Source of the DNA: Syntrophomonas sp. DTU019 | Lineage (GTDB): Bacteria > Bacillota > Syntrophomonadia > Syntrophomonadales > Syntrophomonadaceae | Assembly: GCA_001512785.1 (NCBI GenBank) | Contig: LFSQ01000002.1 | Coordinates: 529-64,528, forward strand | Length of the DNA stretch: 64,000 nt | Reading direction: 5' to 3' | In this document: positions 19,823 to 28,506 of the stretch, piece after piece | Layout: every line of letters begins with the position of its first letter | Numbering within the stretch: position 1 is the first letter of the stretch | Translations under genes and position numbers: made by a program | Notes under the pieces: model-generated | Databases searched by the model: none | Told to the model about the DNA's origin: nothing | Seen by the model: only the letters and a program-made list of their open reading frames with translations

Positions 19823-20389
19823 CTACTTCTTAAATAATTCCATCCCGGTGAGATCTTCCCACCAGCTGATCACGATAGCGACCCGAAAGATTATCTGATT
19901 GGCGTAATTCACCGCCAGGTGCTTGCCCAGGGCTTTGCCACCCACGGTTGCAGCTGCAATCAGGCTGGTTATAGCTGACCCCACCCAAATAGCATCGACA
20001 AGCGGGAAATGTTTCATTAAGCTTATGGCTATACCGGCTCCTATAGCGCCGCTTAAGGTTCCGGAGATATCTCCCACCACGTCGCCACAGAAATTGGCCA
20101 CCAATCCGGCATTGTGTATCAGCTTGACAGCTTGCCTGGCCCCATATATTTTTTTTGCCGCCTTAGCATTAAAAGGCGGCAATTCCGCAGCGGTTACTGC
20201 TGTCCCAATCATATCAAAAAATATTCCCACAAAAATTATCAGTATTAACAGTAGAACGGCCACTGCTATCTGATTGGCCGCTTTAACCAGTCCCTCAGAC
20301 CCTATGCTCAACAACAGAGCGATGAAAAAGGTTAACAAGGCCATTAGTATAGCAGAAATCAGGTGATTTTTTCGTATGTAACCGGGCAA
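19823..20389 (-). CDS. oapA: Four-TM membrane protein, candidate OLE-associated protein A
   Basis: 188 aa (~21 kDa) with 4 predicted TM helices and Asp-rich intramembrane motifs (FFDMIG, CGDVVGDISG). It starts at TTG, preceded by GGAGG 9 nt upstream. It lies 11 nt upstream of dxs and directly downstream of the ORF-free structured region. Confidence 0.7.
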   Translation of the reverse strand: MPGYIRKNHLISAILMALLTFFIALLLSIGSEGLVKAANQIAVAVLLLILIIFVGIFFDMIGTAVTAAELPPFNAKAAKKIYGARQAVKLIHNAGLVANFCGDVVGDISGTLSGAIGAGIAISLMKHFPLVDAIWVGSAITSLIAAATVGGKALGKHLAVNYANQIIFRVAIVISWWEDLTGMELFKK

Positions 20390-20404
20390 GCTGATTTTCC
20401 TCCG

Positions 20405-21060
20405 AAAATAGTGGTACTGGCAAAAGGTTGTTCATTGAGTAAACGCTGCGACTTAGGTCCAGACGGTTTTCCCAGCAGGACACCCACATGTTGCCATATG
20501 GGCGATTTCCCTTTACGCCTGCTCTGCCGCGTCACCGCCGACAGAACTGGATTGCCACTTAGTACGCACTTTAATCCCCAACGAACCGTGCACCCGCACT
20601 CAGTCTAGGAGTTTTCCTCAACAACCCACATCGATTTCTAGCCTCTTTTGCAGCAACGGTTTCAAGGCGAGCCATGTCATCTCGGCCAAGATGAGCATAA
20701 CCCACATAAGCCTATTCGCCGCCCCCACTCAAGGCAGGCTACACTGCACCCAGCTTGTTACCGGAATGCAGGTTTTCCTGCCATGGAACATGGCAGGCCT
20801 CCACGGATGCATGGGTAGAGCCCGCATGCCATTGCGGATTCCCCACACATCCTTAACCCCCAGCAATGACCCCTGACTGGGCGTCAAAAGCCAATACCAG
20901 AGGCTTCATCGATGTGCCCTTAACGGATTTTTAGCCCCGTCTTTAAAACCGATAGGGTTGACTAGAATACTGCAACCTTCTGCCAGTCTTCACCGTACTA
21001 TATTATATCATGTCTAATATCTGGCTTCCAGTTGCATGAACGGCGGGGATTTCCCTAAAT
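20405..21060 (-). ncRNA. Candidate OLE (ornate, large, extremophilic) RNA; ends approximate
   Basis: This is a ~770-nt gap with no credible ORF inside an otherwise tightly packed minus-strand operon. The order ispA, gap, 4-TM gene, dxs is the reported OLE context. Several local helices are visible: 20777-20797 (perfect 9 bp), 20677-20694 (6 bp) and 20822-20837 (5 bp). Confidence 0.72.
21002..21040 (-). promoter_or_regulatory. Possible extended -10 promoter inside the ispA-oapA gap
   Basis: The minus strand reads TGATATAAT (TG at 21009-21010, TATAAT at 21002-21007). The -35 is weak (TGGAAG). It would start a transcript of about 590 nt ending before the oapA RBS. Confidence 0.3.
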
Positions 21061-21156
21061 TGGCCTGTATTTAAGCGCCAATTGCTATAATTACTCTGCT
21101 GATAAGCCTTGCTTCAATATGCGTATTTATGCTGGCCGGCAAAACGCTTTTGGGTT

Positions 21157-22059
21157 TCAGCTCTGGCGAAACAGGGTAAACCTGGCCAGATCACGCAAAA
21201 AATCAGCCTCCTCACCAAAGCTGCGCAGGCTGGCGATGCACTTGTCCACACTCTGGCGGGCCAGCTCAACAGCGCCTTCCAGGCCGAACAGGCTGACATA
21301 AGTGATTTTTTGGTTTCTCTCATCGCTGCCGATCGGTTTGCCGACCACTCCCTCGTCCCCGCAAACATCAAGAATATCATCGGTGATCTGAAAGGCCAGC
21401 CCAAAGTGCCGGGCATAATCAGTCAGGTCTTCCAGCGCTTGGGCTTTCATGCCCGCCAGTATAGCCCCGGAACGCAAGGCTGCTCGGAACAAGGCCCCGG
21501 TTTTGAGCAGGTGCAGGTGTTCTAACTCCGCCGGGCCGATTTGCTGCCCCTGCCATTGCAGATCCAGAACCTGTCCGCCCACCATCCCGGTGCTGCCGAT
21601 AGCAGCAGCTACTTCCTCAATCACTGCCACGACTGCGTCCGGGGTAACACCACTTACCCCGGCATTGGCCGCTATCAATTCAAAAGCCCGGCTCAGCAGG
21701 GCATCGCCGGTTAAAATGGCGTTGGCCTCCCCGTATACTATGTGGCAGGTCGGCTTGCCCCGCCTCAAGTCATCATTATCCATACTGGGCAGATCGTCAT
21801 GCACCAGCGAATAACAGTGTATCATCTCGATGGCACAGGCGGTCAGCATCACCGCCTCAGCCGGCCTGCCGGCCAGGTGCGCTCCTTCCACTACCAGTAT
21901 GGGGCGCAGGCGTTTGCCCCCATTGGACACGGCATAATGCATAGCTTGATGAATCAATGGCGAATCGCTGTCAACCGAGAGGCTGCCCAACAAGTGGCGA
22001 TCGATTTCCTCTTTACGCTTCTGTAACTCTTTCAAAAACCCGGTTTTGTCAAAGCCCAT
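21157..22059 (-). CDS. ispA: Farnesyl/geranyl diphosphate synthase
   Basis: 300 aa with the first Asp-rich motif LVHDDLPSMDNDDLRRG and the second, FQITDDILD. Confidence 0.93.
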   Translation of the reverse strand: MGFDKTGFLKELQKRKEEIDRHLLGSLSVDSDSPLIHQAMHYAVSNGGKRLRPILVVEGAHLAGRPAEAVMLTACAIEMIHCYSLVHDDLPSMDNDDLRRGKPTCHIVYGEANAILTGDALLSRAFELIAANAGVSGVTPDAVVAVIEEVAAAIGSTGMVGGQVLDLQWQGQQIGPAELEHLHLLKTGALFRAALRSGAILAGMKAQALEDLTDYARHFGLAFQITDDILDVCGDEGVVGKPIGSDERNQKITYVSLFGLEGAVELARQSVDKCIASLRSFGEEADFLRDLARFTLFRQS

Positions 22060-22100
22060 TCATATATCCCTCGCTTACCCCTGGCGGTCTGAGCATCAGC

Positions 22101-22316
22101 TCAGATATCAGCCAACTCCCAGCCGCCCTCCAGCTTCTTTACCAGCTGCTGCACCCGGCCTTCGGCCTTCTGCAGTTCCTGCTGGCAACGCACCGAGAGG
22201 GCGATACCTTCCTCGAATATCTCAATTGAGGCCTGAAGATCCAGGCTGCCGCTCTCCAAGAGGTCCACAATCTCTTCCAGCCTTTGCAGGGCTTTTTCAA
22301 AGCTTATATTTTCCAC
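22101..22316 (-). CDS. xseB: Exodeoxyribonuclease VII small subunit
   Basis: 71 aa, helical, with the typical FEKALQRLEEIV start. It overlaps the end of xseA. Confidence 0.9.
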   Translation of the reverse strand: MENISFEKALQRLEEIVDLLESGSLDLQASIEIFEEGIALSVRCQQELQKAEGRVQQLVKKLEGGWELADI

Positions 22317-23521
22317 CGGGATACAGCCTCCTTCCCCATTACCCTGACTTTTAAATCGGCATCCAGCATCGATATGCGCAGTTCATCGCCCGGCTTGACC
22401 TGTTCCCCCCGAGTCACCACTGCAGTGCCCGACATTACCAGGGCATAGCCGCGCTGCATGGTTTTTAATGGACTGACCCCATCCAGCCTGGCGGTCAGAA
22501 AGGCCAGCCGGGTAGATTTTTGCTCGATTACCATCCCCATGGCCTGATTGAGGCTGAGTTGAGCCTGCTGCAGGCGATCGCTGTGTAGTTTTATCAATTG
22601 CAGCGGGTCTTTCCACACCTTTTTCATCATGATACGATCCAGGGTTTCCATATGGCGTGTGATCTTGCGGGTTATAGCCGCTGTGATGCGCTCCTGCTGC
22701 CTGGCCAGGGTGGCTTCCAACTGGTTTATGTCCGGGACTGCCAATACCGCGGCCTGAGTAGGTGTAGCCGCTCGCAAATCCGCTGCCAGGTCAGCCAGGC
22801 TGTAATCAGCTTCATGACCGATCGCGGTGATAATCGGTATTTGGGATTTATATATAGCCTCTACCACTATTTCGGTGTTAAAAGGCATCAGGTCTTCCCA
22901 TGAGCCTCCACCACGCCCGATAATGATGACTTCTGACTCACCATGCTCATTGAGCAGGCGGATGGCTTCAGCCAGCTCGTACGGCGCTTCAGCCCCCTGC
23001 ACGGCACTGTGCACCAGAAATACCTGACAGCGCCGGTGGCGCTGGCGAATCACCTTGAGCATGTCCTGCAAAGCTGCTCCGTCCTGTGAGGTGATTATCC
23101 CTACTCGATTGACAAAACCGGGGATGGCTTTTTTCCGCTCTATATCGAAGTAACCGGCTGCCTGGCACTTTTCCCTGATCTTTTCCAGGTACAACTGCCA
23201 GGCCCCAATGCCAAAAGGCTGCAGTTCCTGCACATAGAGCTGATATTTGCCCTGCGGGGCGTATACCGCTACTGACCCCCAGGCCAGGACCTCCATGCCA
23301 TCTTGCGGGGTAATGCTGGCTCTCCTGGCCTGGCTCCTGAACATCACGCAGCTTATCACGCTTTCCTGATCTTTCAAGGTAAAATAATAATGCCCGGATT
23401 GGCGGTGGTGCTTGAATCCGGATACTTCGCCCTTCAACCACAGATCAGAGAGAATTACGTCCGTTTGCAGGAGGTGGTCAATGTGCTTATTGAGTTGGCT
23501 TACCGTCAAATATTCTCTCAT
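22304..23521 (-). CDS. xseA: Exodeoxyribonuclease VII large subunit
   Basis: 405 aa with an OB-fold N-terminus (GEVSGFKHH.SGHYYFTLKD) and the catalytic core (GRGGGSWEDL). Confidence 0.93.
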   Translation of the reverse strand: MREYLTVSQLNKHIDHLLQTDVILSDLWLKGEVSGFKHHRQSGHYYFTLKDQESVISCVMFRSQARRASITPQDGMEVLAWGSVAVYAPQGKYQLYVQELQPFGIGAWQLYLEKIREKCQAAGYFDIERKKAIPGFVNRVGIITSQDGAALQDMLKVIRQRHRRCQVFLVHSAVQGAEAPYELAEAIRLLNEHGESEVIIIGRGGGSWEDLMPFNTEIVVEAIYKSQIPIITAIGHEADYSLADLAADLRAATPTQAAVLAVPDINQLEATLARQQERITAAITRKITRHMETLDRIMMKKVWKDPLQLIKLHSDRLQQAQLSLNQAMGMVIEQKSTRLAFLTARLDGVSPLKTMQRGYALVMSGTAVVTRGEQVKPGDELRISMLDADLKVRVMGKEAVSRWKI

Positions 23522-24381
23522 GGCTTTAGATCCGCTTGTTCCCAGGCAGCCCGGGACAAATTCTGCATCAACTTGGCGATCAGCAAAGGCCCGATTCCAC
23601 CCGGCACTGGCAGTAAATAACCGCTCAGCCCGGATACGTCGTTGTTGTCCACATTGCCTTTGATCCCCTCCGGGGTCCAGTGAAACCCGGCATCGATCAG
23701 TAAGGTGCCACTGGCCAGGTGCCGGGCCTTTATGCTTTGGGCTGAGCCCTTTTCGGCAACAACTATATCCGCTTTAAGGCATTGCTCGCCGTCCCAGCCC
23801 GGCATTACCCTGACCTCGCACCCCCTGGCCACCAAGAGGGCGGTCAGGGGCAGAACAAGATCAAATGAATCCCCAATGAGTAGAGCACTGCGGCCTGCAA
23901 TATCGTCTACACAGCGGTTGATGACCTCCATAGCGGCCAGAGCTGCACAGCTGACAAAAAGAGGCCGCCCGCCGATTAACAGCCCGCGGTTGATGGGATT
24001 AAACCCATCCACATCCTTTGCCGGGCTTATAGCCTGCAGGAATTGATCCTGCATGACCTCTAAATGTTCGGGCAGGGGCAGTTGCAGAATAATTCCCTGC
24101 ACATTTTGGTCCCGGTTTAAGCCTTCAATCTCAAGCAGCAACTGATGCCCGGTTACATCCTCGGCCAGGTGCACTATCCGGCAGATGCCCCCAATATCGG
24201 TTGCGGCTTTTTGCTTGAGATTAACATAGGTCTGGCTGTCCTCCTGCCTGCCTACCAGTATGATGGCCAGGGTGGGGTTTACTCCTCTGGCTTGATTCTG
24301 CTGATATAGATCTTGCCTCAACTGCGCTGCCAAGGCGGTGCCGGATATTAATTGCATAAGATGTTGCTTTCCCCCAATCAA
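23518..24381 (-). CDS. folD: Bifunctional methylenetetrahydrofolate dehydrogenase/cyclohydrolase
   Basis: 287 aa with the typical motifs LAIILVG...SQTYV, GIILQLPLP and PVPGGIGP. Confidence 0.93.
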   Translation of the reverse strand: MIGGKQHLMQLISGTALAAQLRQDLYQQNQARGVNPTLAIILVGRQEDSQTYVNLKQKAATDIGGICRIVHLAEDVTGHQLLLEIEGLNRDQNVQGIILQLPLPEHLEVMQDQFLQAISPAKDVDGFNPINRGLLIGGRPLFVSCAALAAMEVINRCVDDIAGRSALLIGDSFDLVLPLTALLVARGCEVRVMPGWDGEQCLKADIVVAEKGSAQSIKARHLASGTLLIDAGFHWTPEGIKGNVDNNDVSGLSGYLLPVPGGIGPLLIAKLMQNLSRAAWEQADLKP

Positions 24382-24410
24382 AGCGAGCTGTTCATTGAAA
24401 TCTATAAATA

Positions 24411-25409
24411 TTATCCGGTTGTATGGGCATCAACCGGCTTGTTGCGGTGGTACAGCATAGCTGCCAGCCTGGCTACCCCTATGGCATTATCGCTGCAAAG
24501 CCTGGGGTGGGCAAAATAGAGCTTAAGTCCTACCGCCGGATGTTCCAGGCGGTGCAGCAGGTGTTCTTTGATGATGCTATTGGCCATCACCCCTCCGGCC
24601 AAGAGCACATGGCGGCAACCTGTACGGGCTGATTCTTTCAATAAGGCCTTTTCCAGGGTTCGGCCCACGGCTCTGAACAGGGTCAAAGCGATGTCCTCAC
24701 GCTTATGTCCAGAGGCTATCAAGCGCAAAACCTGGGTTTCAATCCCTGAAAAGGAAAAGCCCTCATCCCTGACAAAAGTGGTCAGGGGTGGGGTATCCCG
24801 GCCTTCAGACTTTAAGGCCAGCTCTTCCAGTTCCGGTCCGGCGGGAAAGCTCAAACCCATAGCCACACCGACCCGATCCACCAATTGCCCGGCGTGCAGA
24901 TCCAGGCCGGACATGCCGGTTTCAATTTGCAAAACATCTTCATCATGTCGGCCGACCCGCATTATCTCGGAAGTTCCTCCAGAAAAATGAACCGCCAAAA
25001 AACACTCCTGCTGCAGCAGGGCTTCATTGCCCAGCAAAGCCGCCATTATATGGCCTTCCTGATGGCTGACCAGATAAAGCGGGAGGCCGGCAAAAGCGCT
25101 CAATATCCGGGCCTGGTTTTGCCCGGCCAGGAATACCGGCATATAGCTGTCTTTGACCCGGCGAGGCCAGGCGCTGGCTGCAATGGCAACTACCTCGCCG
25201 CTCAACCCCGCGGGCAGGCGGTTAAACAGCTTGGGCAGGTTCTGAACATGAAAAAAGAGAGCCTGTGATTGCCTCAACCCTCTTTCGCCCGGTTTGACCA
25301 TGAGTGGAATGCGTTCATCGACAACCACCTGGTGCTGATGGTTTACCAGTGCTATCGAAGTGGTGTAGGCGCTGGTATCAAGTCCCAGGAACAGAGCCAT
25401 ATTTTTCAC
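24411..25409 (-). CDS. TsaD/Kae1-like ASKHA-fold protein (peptidase M22 family paralog)
   Basis: 332 aa with LGLDTSAYTTS at the N-terminus, the HQEGH metal motif and a C-terminal GGVMANS. It overlaps the nusB 3' end by about 25-30 nt. Confidence 0.65.
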   Translation of the reverse strand: MKNMALFLGLDTSAYTTSIALVNHQHQVVVDERIPLMVKPGERGLRQSQALFFHVQNLPKLFNRLPAGLSGEVVAIAASAWPRRVKDSYMPVFLAGQNQARILSAFAGLPLYLVSHQEGHIMAALLGNEALLQQECFLAVHFSGGTSEIMRVGRHDEDVLQIETGMSGLDLHAGQLVDRVGVAMGLSFPAGPELEELALKSEGRDTPPLTTFVRDEGFSFSGIETQVLRLIASGHKREDIALTLFRAVGRTLEKALLKESARTGCRHVLLAGGVMANSIIKEHLLHRLEHPAVGLKLYFAHPRLCSDNAIGVARLAAMLYHRNKPVDAHTTG

Positions 25410-25806
25410 CCAAAATCCTGTCTAAAATGGCGTTAATAAAACCCGGCGAGTTATGGTCGCCATATCTCTTGGCGATCTCCACCGCTTCATCTATGGCCAC
25501 TACCGGCTCAGAGGGCTGCATGAAAAGGATTTCGTAAGCGGCCAGGCGCATGATGTTGCGATCCACAGCCGACATGCGGCTCAAATCCCATTCACGGGAA
25601 AATCGCCTGATAGCCTCATCTATATCGGCCAGGTGCCGTATCGCACCATAAACCAGCTCAGCGGCAAAGCTTTGCTCCCTGGGGGCTGTTAGCTCGTCTT
25701 CCTGGTACAGGTAAGATAAGGCTTGCTGCGGCTCAGCCTTGACCTGATCAAACTGGAATAACACCTTAAAGGCTACCACCCGCGCTTTTCTTCTGCTCAA
25801 ACCCAT
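25378..25806 (-). CDS. nusB: Transcription antitermination factor NusB
   Basis: 142 aa starting RRKARVVAFKVLFQ, with an AVDRNIMRLAAYE segment. Confidence 0.93.
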   Translation of the reverse strand: MGLSRRKARVVAFKVLFQFDQVKAEPQQALSYLYQEDELTAPREQSFAAELVYGAIRHLADIDEAIRRFSREWDLSRMSAVDRNIMRLAAYEILFMQPSEPVVAIDEAVEIAKRYGDHNSPGFINAILDRILGEKYGSVPGT

Positions 25807-25818
25807 CTATCCTTTCAA

Positions 25819-26034
25819 TTAACGCTGGTTTTTAAAGGTTTCCAGCCAATTGTTAAAACTGTGATGCTCATCGACCCGTTTGCCGATATAGTAGCCGATA
25901 GAAAGGCAGATGATGATAAATATGGTGCGCCAAAAACCCAGGGTTACAAAGAGAATGCTGGCGACCAGCCCCAGGATAACCCCTACGGTTTTGCCGCGGT
26001 GCTCCTGCCATAGCCAGTTAATCAGACTGTCCAT
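25819..26034 (-). CDS. DUF2273-type small membrane protein
   Basis: 71 aa with two TM helices. It is the usual third member of the asp23-amaP-DUF2273 trio. Confidence 0.7.
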   Translation of the reverse strand: MDSLINWLWQEHRGKTVGVILGLVASILFVTLGFWRTIFIIICLSIGYYIGKRVDEHHSFNNWLETFKNQR

Positions 26035-26057
26035 AATAGGCTACCCCCTTTGGCCCG

Positions 26058-26585
26058 CTACCTTCCCGTAGCGAGAAAATCATCCACCAGCAAGCGAACC
26101 TCCGCGACCTGCAATCCTCCAATATCCTGCAGATACTGCTTGACAGCAGACTGTATCTGCTGGCTGAGGTCGGGTACACTGAGTTCCGGATTAATGGCCA
26201 TATGCAGCTTAATTACCAGGCCTTCTACACTTTGGGACACATGCGGTTTGATATCACGAACCCCTTCGATCGGTTTTATGGCCCGCATAATCAGCACCTT
26301 GATAGCCGGTATGGTTATAGCTATTTCCCCCTGCAGGCTTTGCTTGATAACTACCTGTTGCAAACCGGGTTTCTTAGGTAACATGCTCGCAAACACCGCC
26401 AGGGTAAGGCCCAGCAACAACAAGGCTACGACGCCAAAGATCAGCCGGTTTTCTGGAGTAGCCAAAGCCGCCTGCAAATAGCCCAGTGGCTCGGGACGGT
26501 TTATAGCTGCGGCCAGGCACATCCCCGCCAGTGCCAGGAACAGCAGGTTGTAGAGGAATAACACCCAACGTAAGGCAGCTGACAT
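26058..26585 (-). CDS. amaP: Alkaline shock response membrane anchor protein AmaP
   Basis: 175 aa with two N-terminal TM helices and an Asp23-like C-terminal part. It lies directly downstream of asp23. Confidence 0.75.
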   Translation of the reverse strand: MSAALRWVLFLYNLLFLALAGMCLAAAINRPEPLGYLQAALATPENRLIFGVVALLLLGLTLAVFASMLPKKPGLQQVVIKQSLQGEIAITIPAIKVLIMRAIKPIEGVRDIKPHVSQSVEGLVIKLHMAINPELSVPDLSQQIQSAVKQYLQDIGGLQVAEVRLLVDDFLATGR

Positions 26586-26609
26586 CTCTATCCCACCTCT
26601 TTCTCAAAA

Positions 26610-26640
26610 TACAGCAAACCCCCTGGCTGTGGCAGGGGGT
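26610..26640 (-). terminator. Intercistronic hairpin between asp23 and amaP (possible attenuator or partial terminator)
   Basis: On the minus strand, the ACCCCCTG/CAGGGGGT 8-bp stem (26618-26640) is followed by TTTGCTGTATTTTG. Confidence 0.4.
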
Positions 26641-26663
26641 TATTGGCAAGCTCTGCATTCAGG

Positions 26664-27080
26664 TTATTCTTTATCCGTGTCTGTTCCTTCGAAGGTGCTC
26701 TCCGTTTTTTTGACAGCGACCCCCAGAATATTTACATTTACCGCGCTGACCTTTAATCCCGTCATGGACTCGACCGCCATTTTAACCTCTTTTTGAACGG
26801 TTTCTGCAACAGTGGGAATTGGATATCCATACTCTACGGTAAGAAAGATGTCTATCTTGGTATCATAGTCCCCTACTTCAACCTTAATACCTTTGCCAAA
26901 GTTCTTCTTGCCCAGTTTTTCAACCAGGTCGGTCCCCCATCCTCCGCTCATTGAGGCAACACCCTCAACATCTCCGGCAGCCAGTCCGGCAACAGTTGCC
27001 ACCACTTCATCGGCGATGCGTATTGCGCCAATTTCATTGGTGATTTCGGGCTTCTGCTGGTCCATCCGTTCCACCTCCAA
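26664..27080 (-). CDS. Asp23/Gls24-family envelope stress protein
   Basis: 138 aa with the typical IRIADEVVATVAGLAA and GIKVEV segments. Confidence 0.88.
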   Translation of the reverse strand: MEVERMDQQKPEITNEIGAIRIADEVVATVAGLAAGDVEGVASMSGGWGTDLVEKLGKKNFGKGIKVEVGDYDTKIDIFLTVEYGYPIPTVAETVQKEVKMAVESMTGLKVSAVNVNILGVAVKKTESTFEGTDTDKE

Positions 27081-27152
27081 TTTATGATCTCCAAACTTAT
27101 AAGTATTATTCTACCAAATGGCTGAAGTATGTTCAAATATAGCTGGAAATCA

Positions 27153-28496
27153 TTAGTCTTCCATACGCCGTTGAATGAAATTGGTATAAACCTCGCCGCG
27201 CCTGAAAAAGGCATTGTCCAAAACCTTGAGGTGAAAGGGGATGGTGGTTTTGATATTTTCCACCTTGAACTCGCGCAGGGCTCGCTTCATCCTCTCAATA
27301 GCTTCAACCCGATCGTTTCCCCAGGCTATCAGTTTGGCCACCATAGAATCGTAGTATTGAGGTATGAGATAGTTGGAGTAAACTGCGGAATCCACCCGAA
27401 TTCCAGGTCCTCCGGGAACTACATACTGCCCCACCCGGCCTGGAGAGGGACGGAAATCATTTTCTGGATCTTCTGCGTTGATGCGGCATTCAATAGCCCA
27501 ACCGTTCATAACGATGTCTTCCTGGGTGAAACGCAACCGCTCACCGGCCGCGATGCGGATCTGTTCTTTTACAATGTCAATGCCGGTAACCATTTCAGTA
27601 ACCGGGTGCTCTACCTGTACCCGGGTATTCATCTCGATAAAATAGAAGTTGCGGTTTTTGTCGACCAGGAATTCTACCGTACCCGCACTGGAATAATTAA
27701 CTGCCTGAGCGGCCTTCACAGCAATGCTGCCCATGGTCTGGCGCAGCTGTTCATCCAAAAAGGATGAAGGGGCTTCTTCGAGCAGTTTTTGATTGCGCCT
27801 CTGCAGCGAACAATCACGCTCCCCCAGGTGAACCAGATTGCCGAACTCGTCGCCCAGAATCTGGAATTCAATATGACGCGGTTCCTCCAGGTATTTTTCA
27901 ATATAGACCGCATCATTGCCGAAGGCTGCACCGGCCTCCATGCGGGCAGTATTCAAGGCTTCTTTAAGAGACTCGCGGTTGTGGGCCAGGCGCATACCGC
28001 GTCCGCCACCCCCGGCAGAAGCCTTGATCATTACCGGATAACCTATCTCACTGGCTATAGCCAGAGCCTCTTGAAAGCTGTTGACCGCACCATCACTGCC
28101 CGGCACTACCGGCACCCCGGCCGGCTTTACCAGTTCGCGGGCCTTGACTTTGTTCCCCATGGTTTCGATAACGTTGGGACTGGGGCCGATGAACTTAATG
28201 CCATATGTATTGCATAATTCCGCAAAATAAGCGTTTTCAGCCAGAAAACCATACCCGGGATGGATTGCATCCGCCCCGGTATTTCTGGCCGCAGCTATTA
28301 TATTGGCGATATTCAGGTAGCTTTCCCGGGCAGGCGCACCGCCGATGCAAACCGCTTCATCAGCCATTTTGACCGGCAGGCTGTCTTTGTCGGCCACAGA
28401 GTATGCCACTACGCTGGGGATGCCCAGTTCCTGACAGGCCCGGATCACACGCAAGGCGATCTCCCCGCGGTTAGCGATTAAGATCTTTTCAAACAA
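27153..28496 (-). CDS. accC: Biotin carboxylase (AccC / pyruvate carboxylase subunit A type)
   Basis: 447 aa starting MFEKILIANRGEIALRVIRAC, with the ATP-grasp motifs GGGGRGMR and EMNTRVQVEHPVTE. Confidence 0.93.
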   Translation of the reverse strand: MFEKILIANRGEIALRVIRACQELGIPSVVAYSVADKDSLPVKMADEAVCIGGAPARESYLNIANIIAAARNTGADAIHPGYGFLAENAYFAELCNTYGIKFIGPSPNVIETMGNKVKARELVKPAGVPVVPGSDGAVNSFQEALAIASEIGYPVMIKASAGGGGRGMRLAHNRESLKEALNTARMEAGAAFGNDAVYIEKYLEEPRHIEFQILGDEFGNLVHLGERDCSLQRRNQKLLEEAPSSFLDEQLRQTMGSIAVKAAQAVNYSSAGTVEFLVDKNRNFYFIEMNTRVQVEHPVTEMVTGIDIVKEQIRIAAGERLRFTQEDIVMNGWAIECRINAEDPENDFRPSPGRVGQYVVPGGPGIRVDSAVYSNYLIPQYYDSMVAKLIAWGNDRVEAIERMKRALREFKVENIKTTIPFHLKVLDNAFFRRGEVYTNFIQRRMED

Positions 28497-28506
28497 CTGA
28501 CCACCC

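Noticed and set aside
20295-20876. Short ORFs (64 aa, 81 aa and 61 aa) in and around the ispA-oapA gap.
   Set aside because: They have no SD sequence and Pro/Arg/Cys/His-rich composition. Two are on the strand opposite the operon, and one overlaps the oapA start. The region is better explained as a structured RNA.
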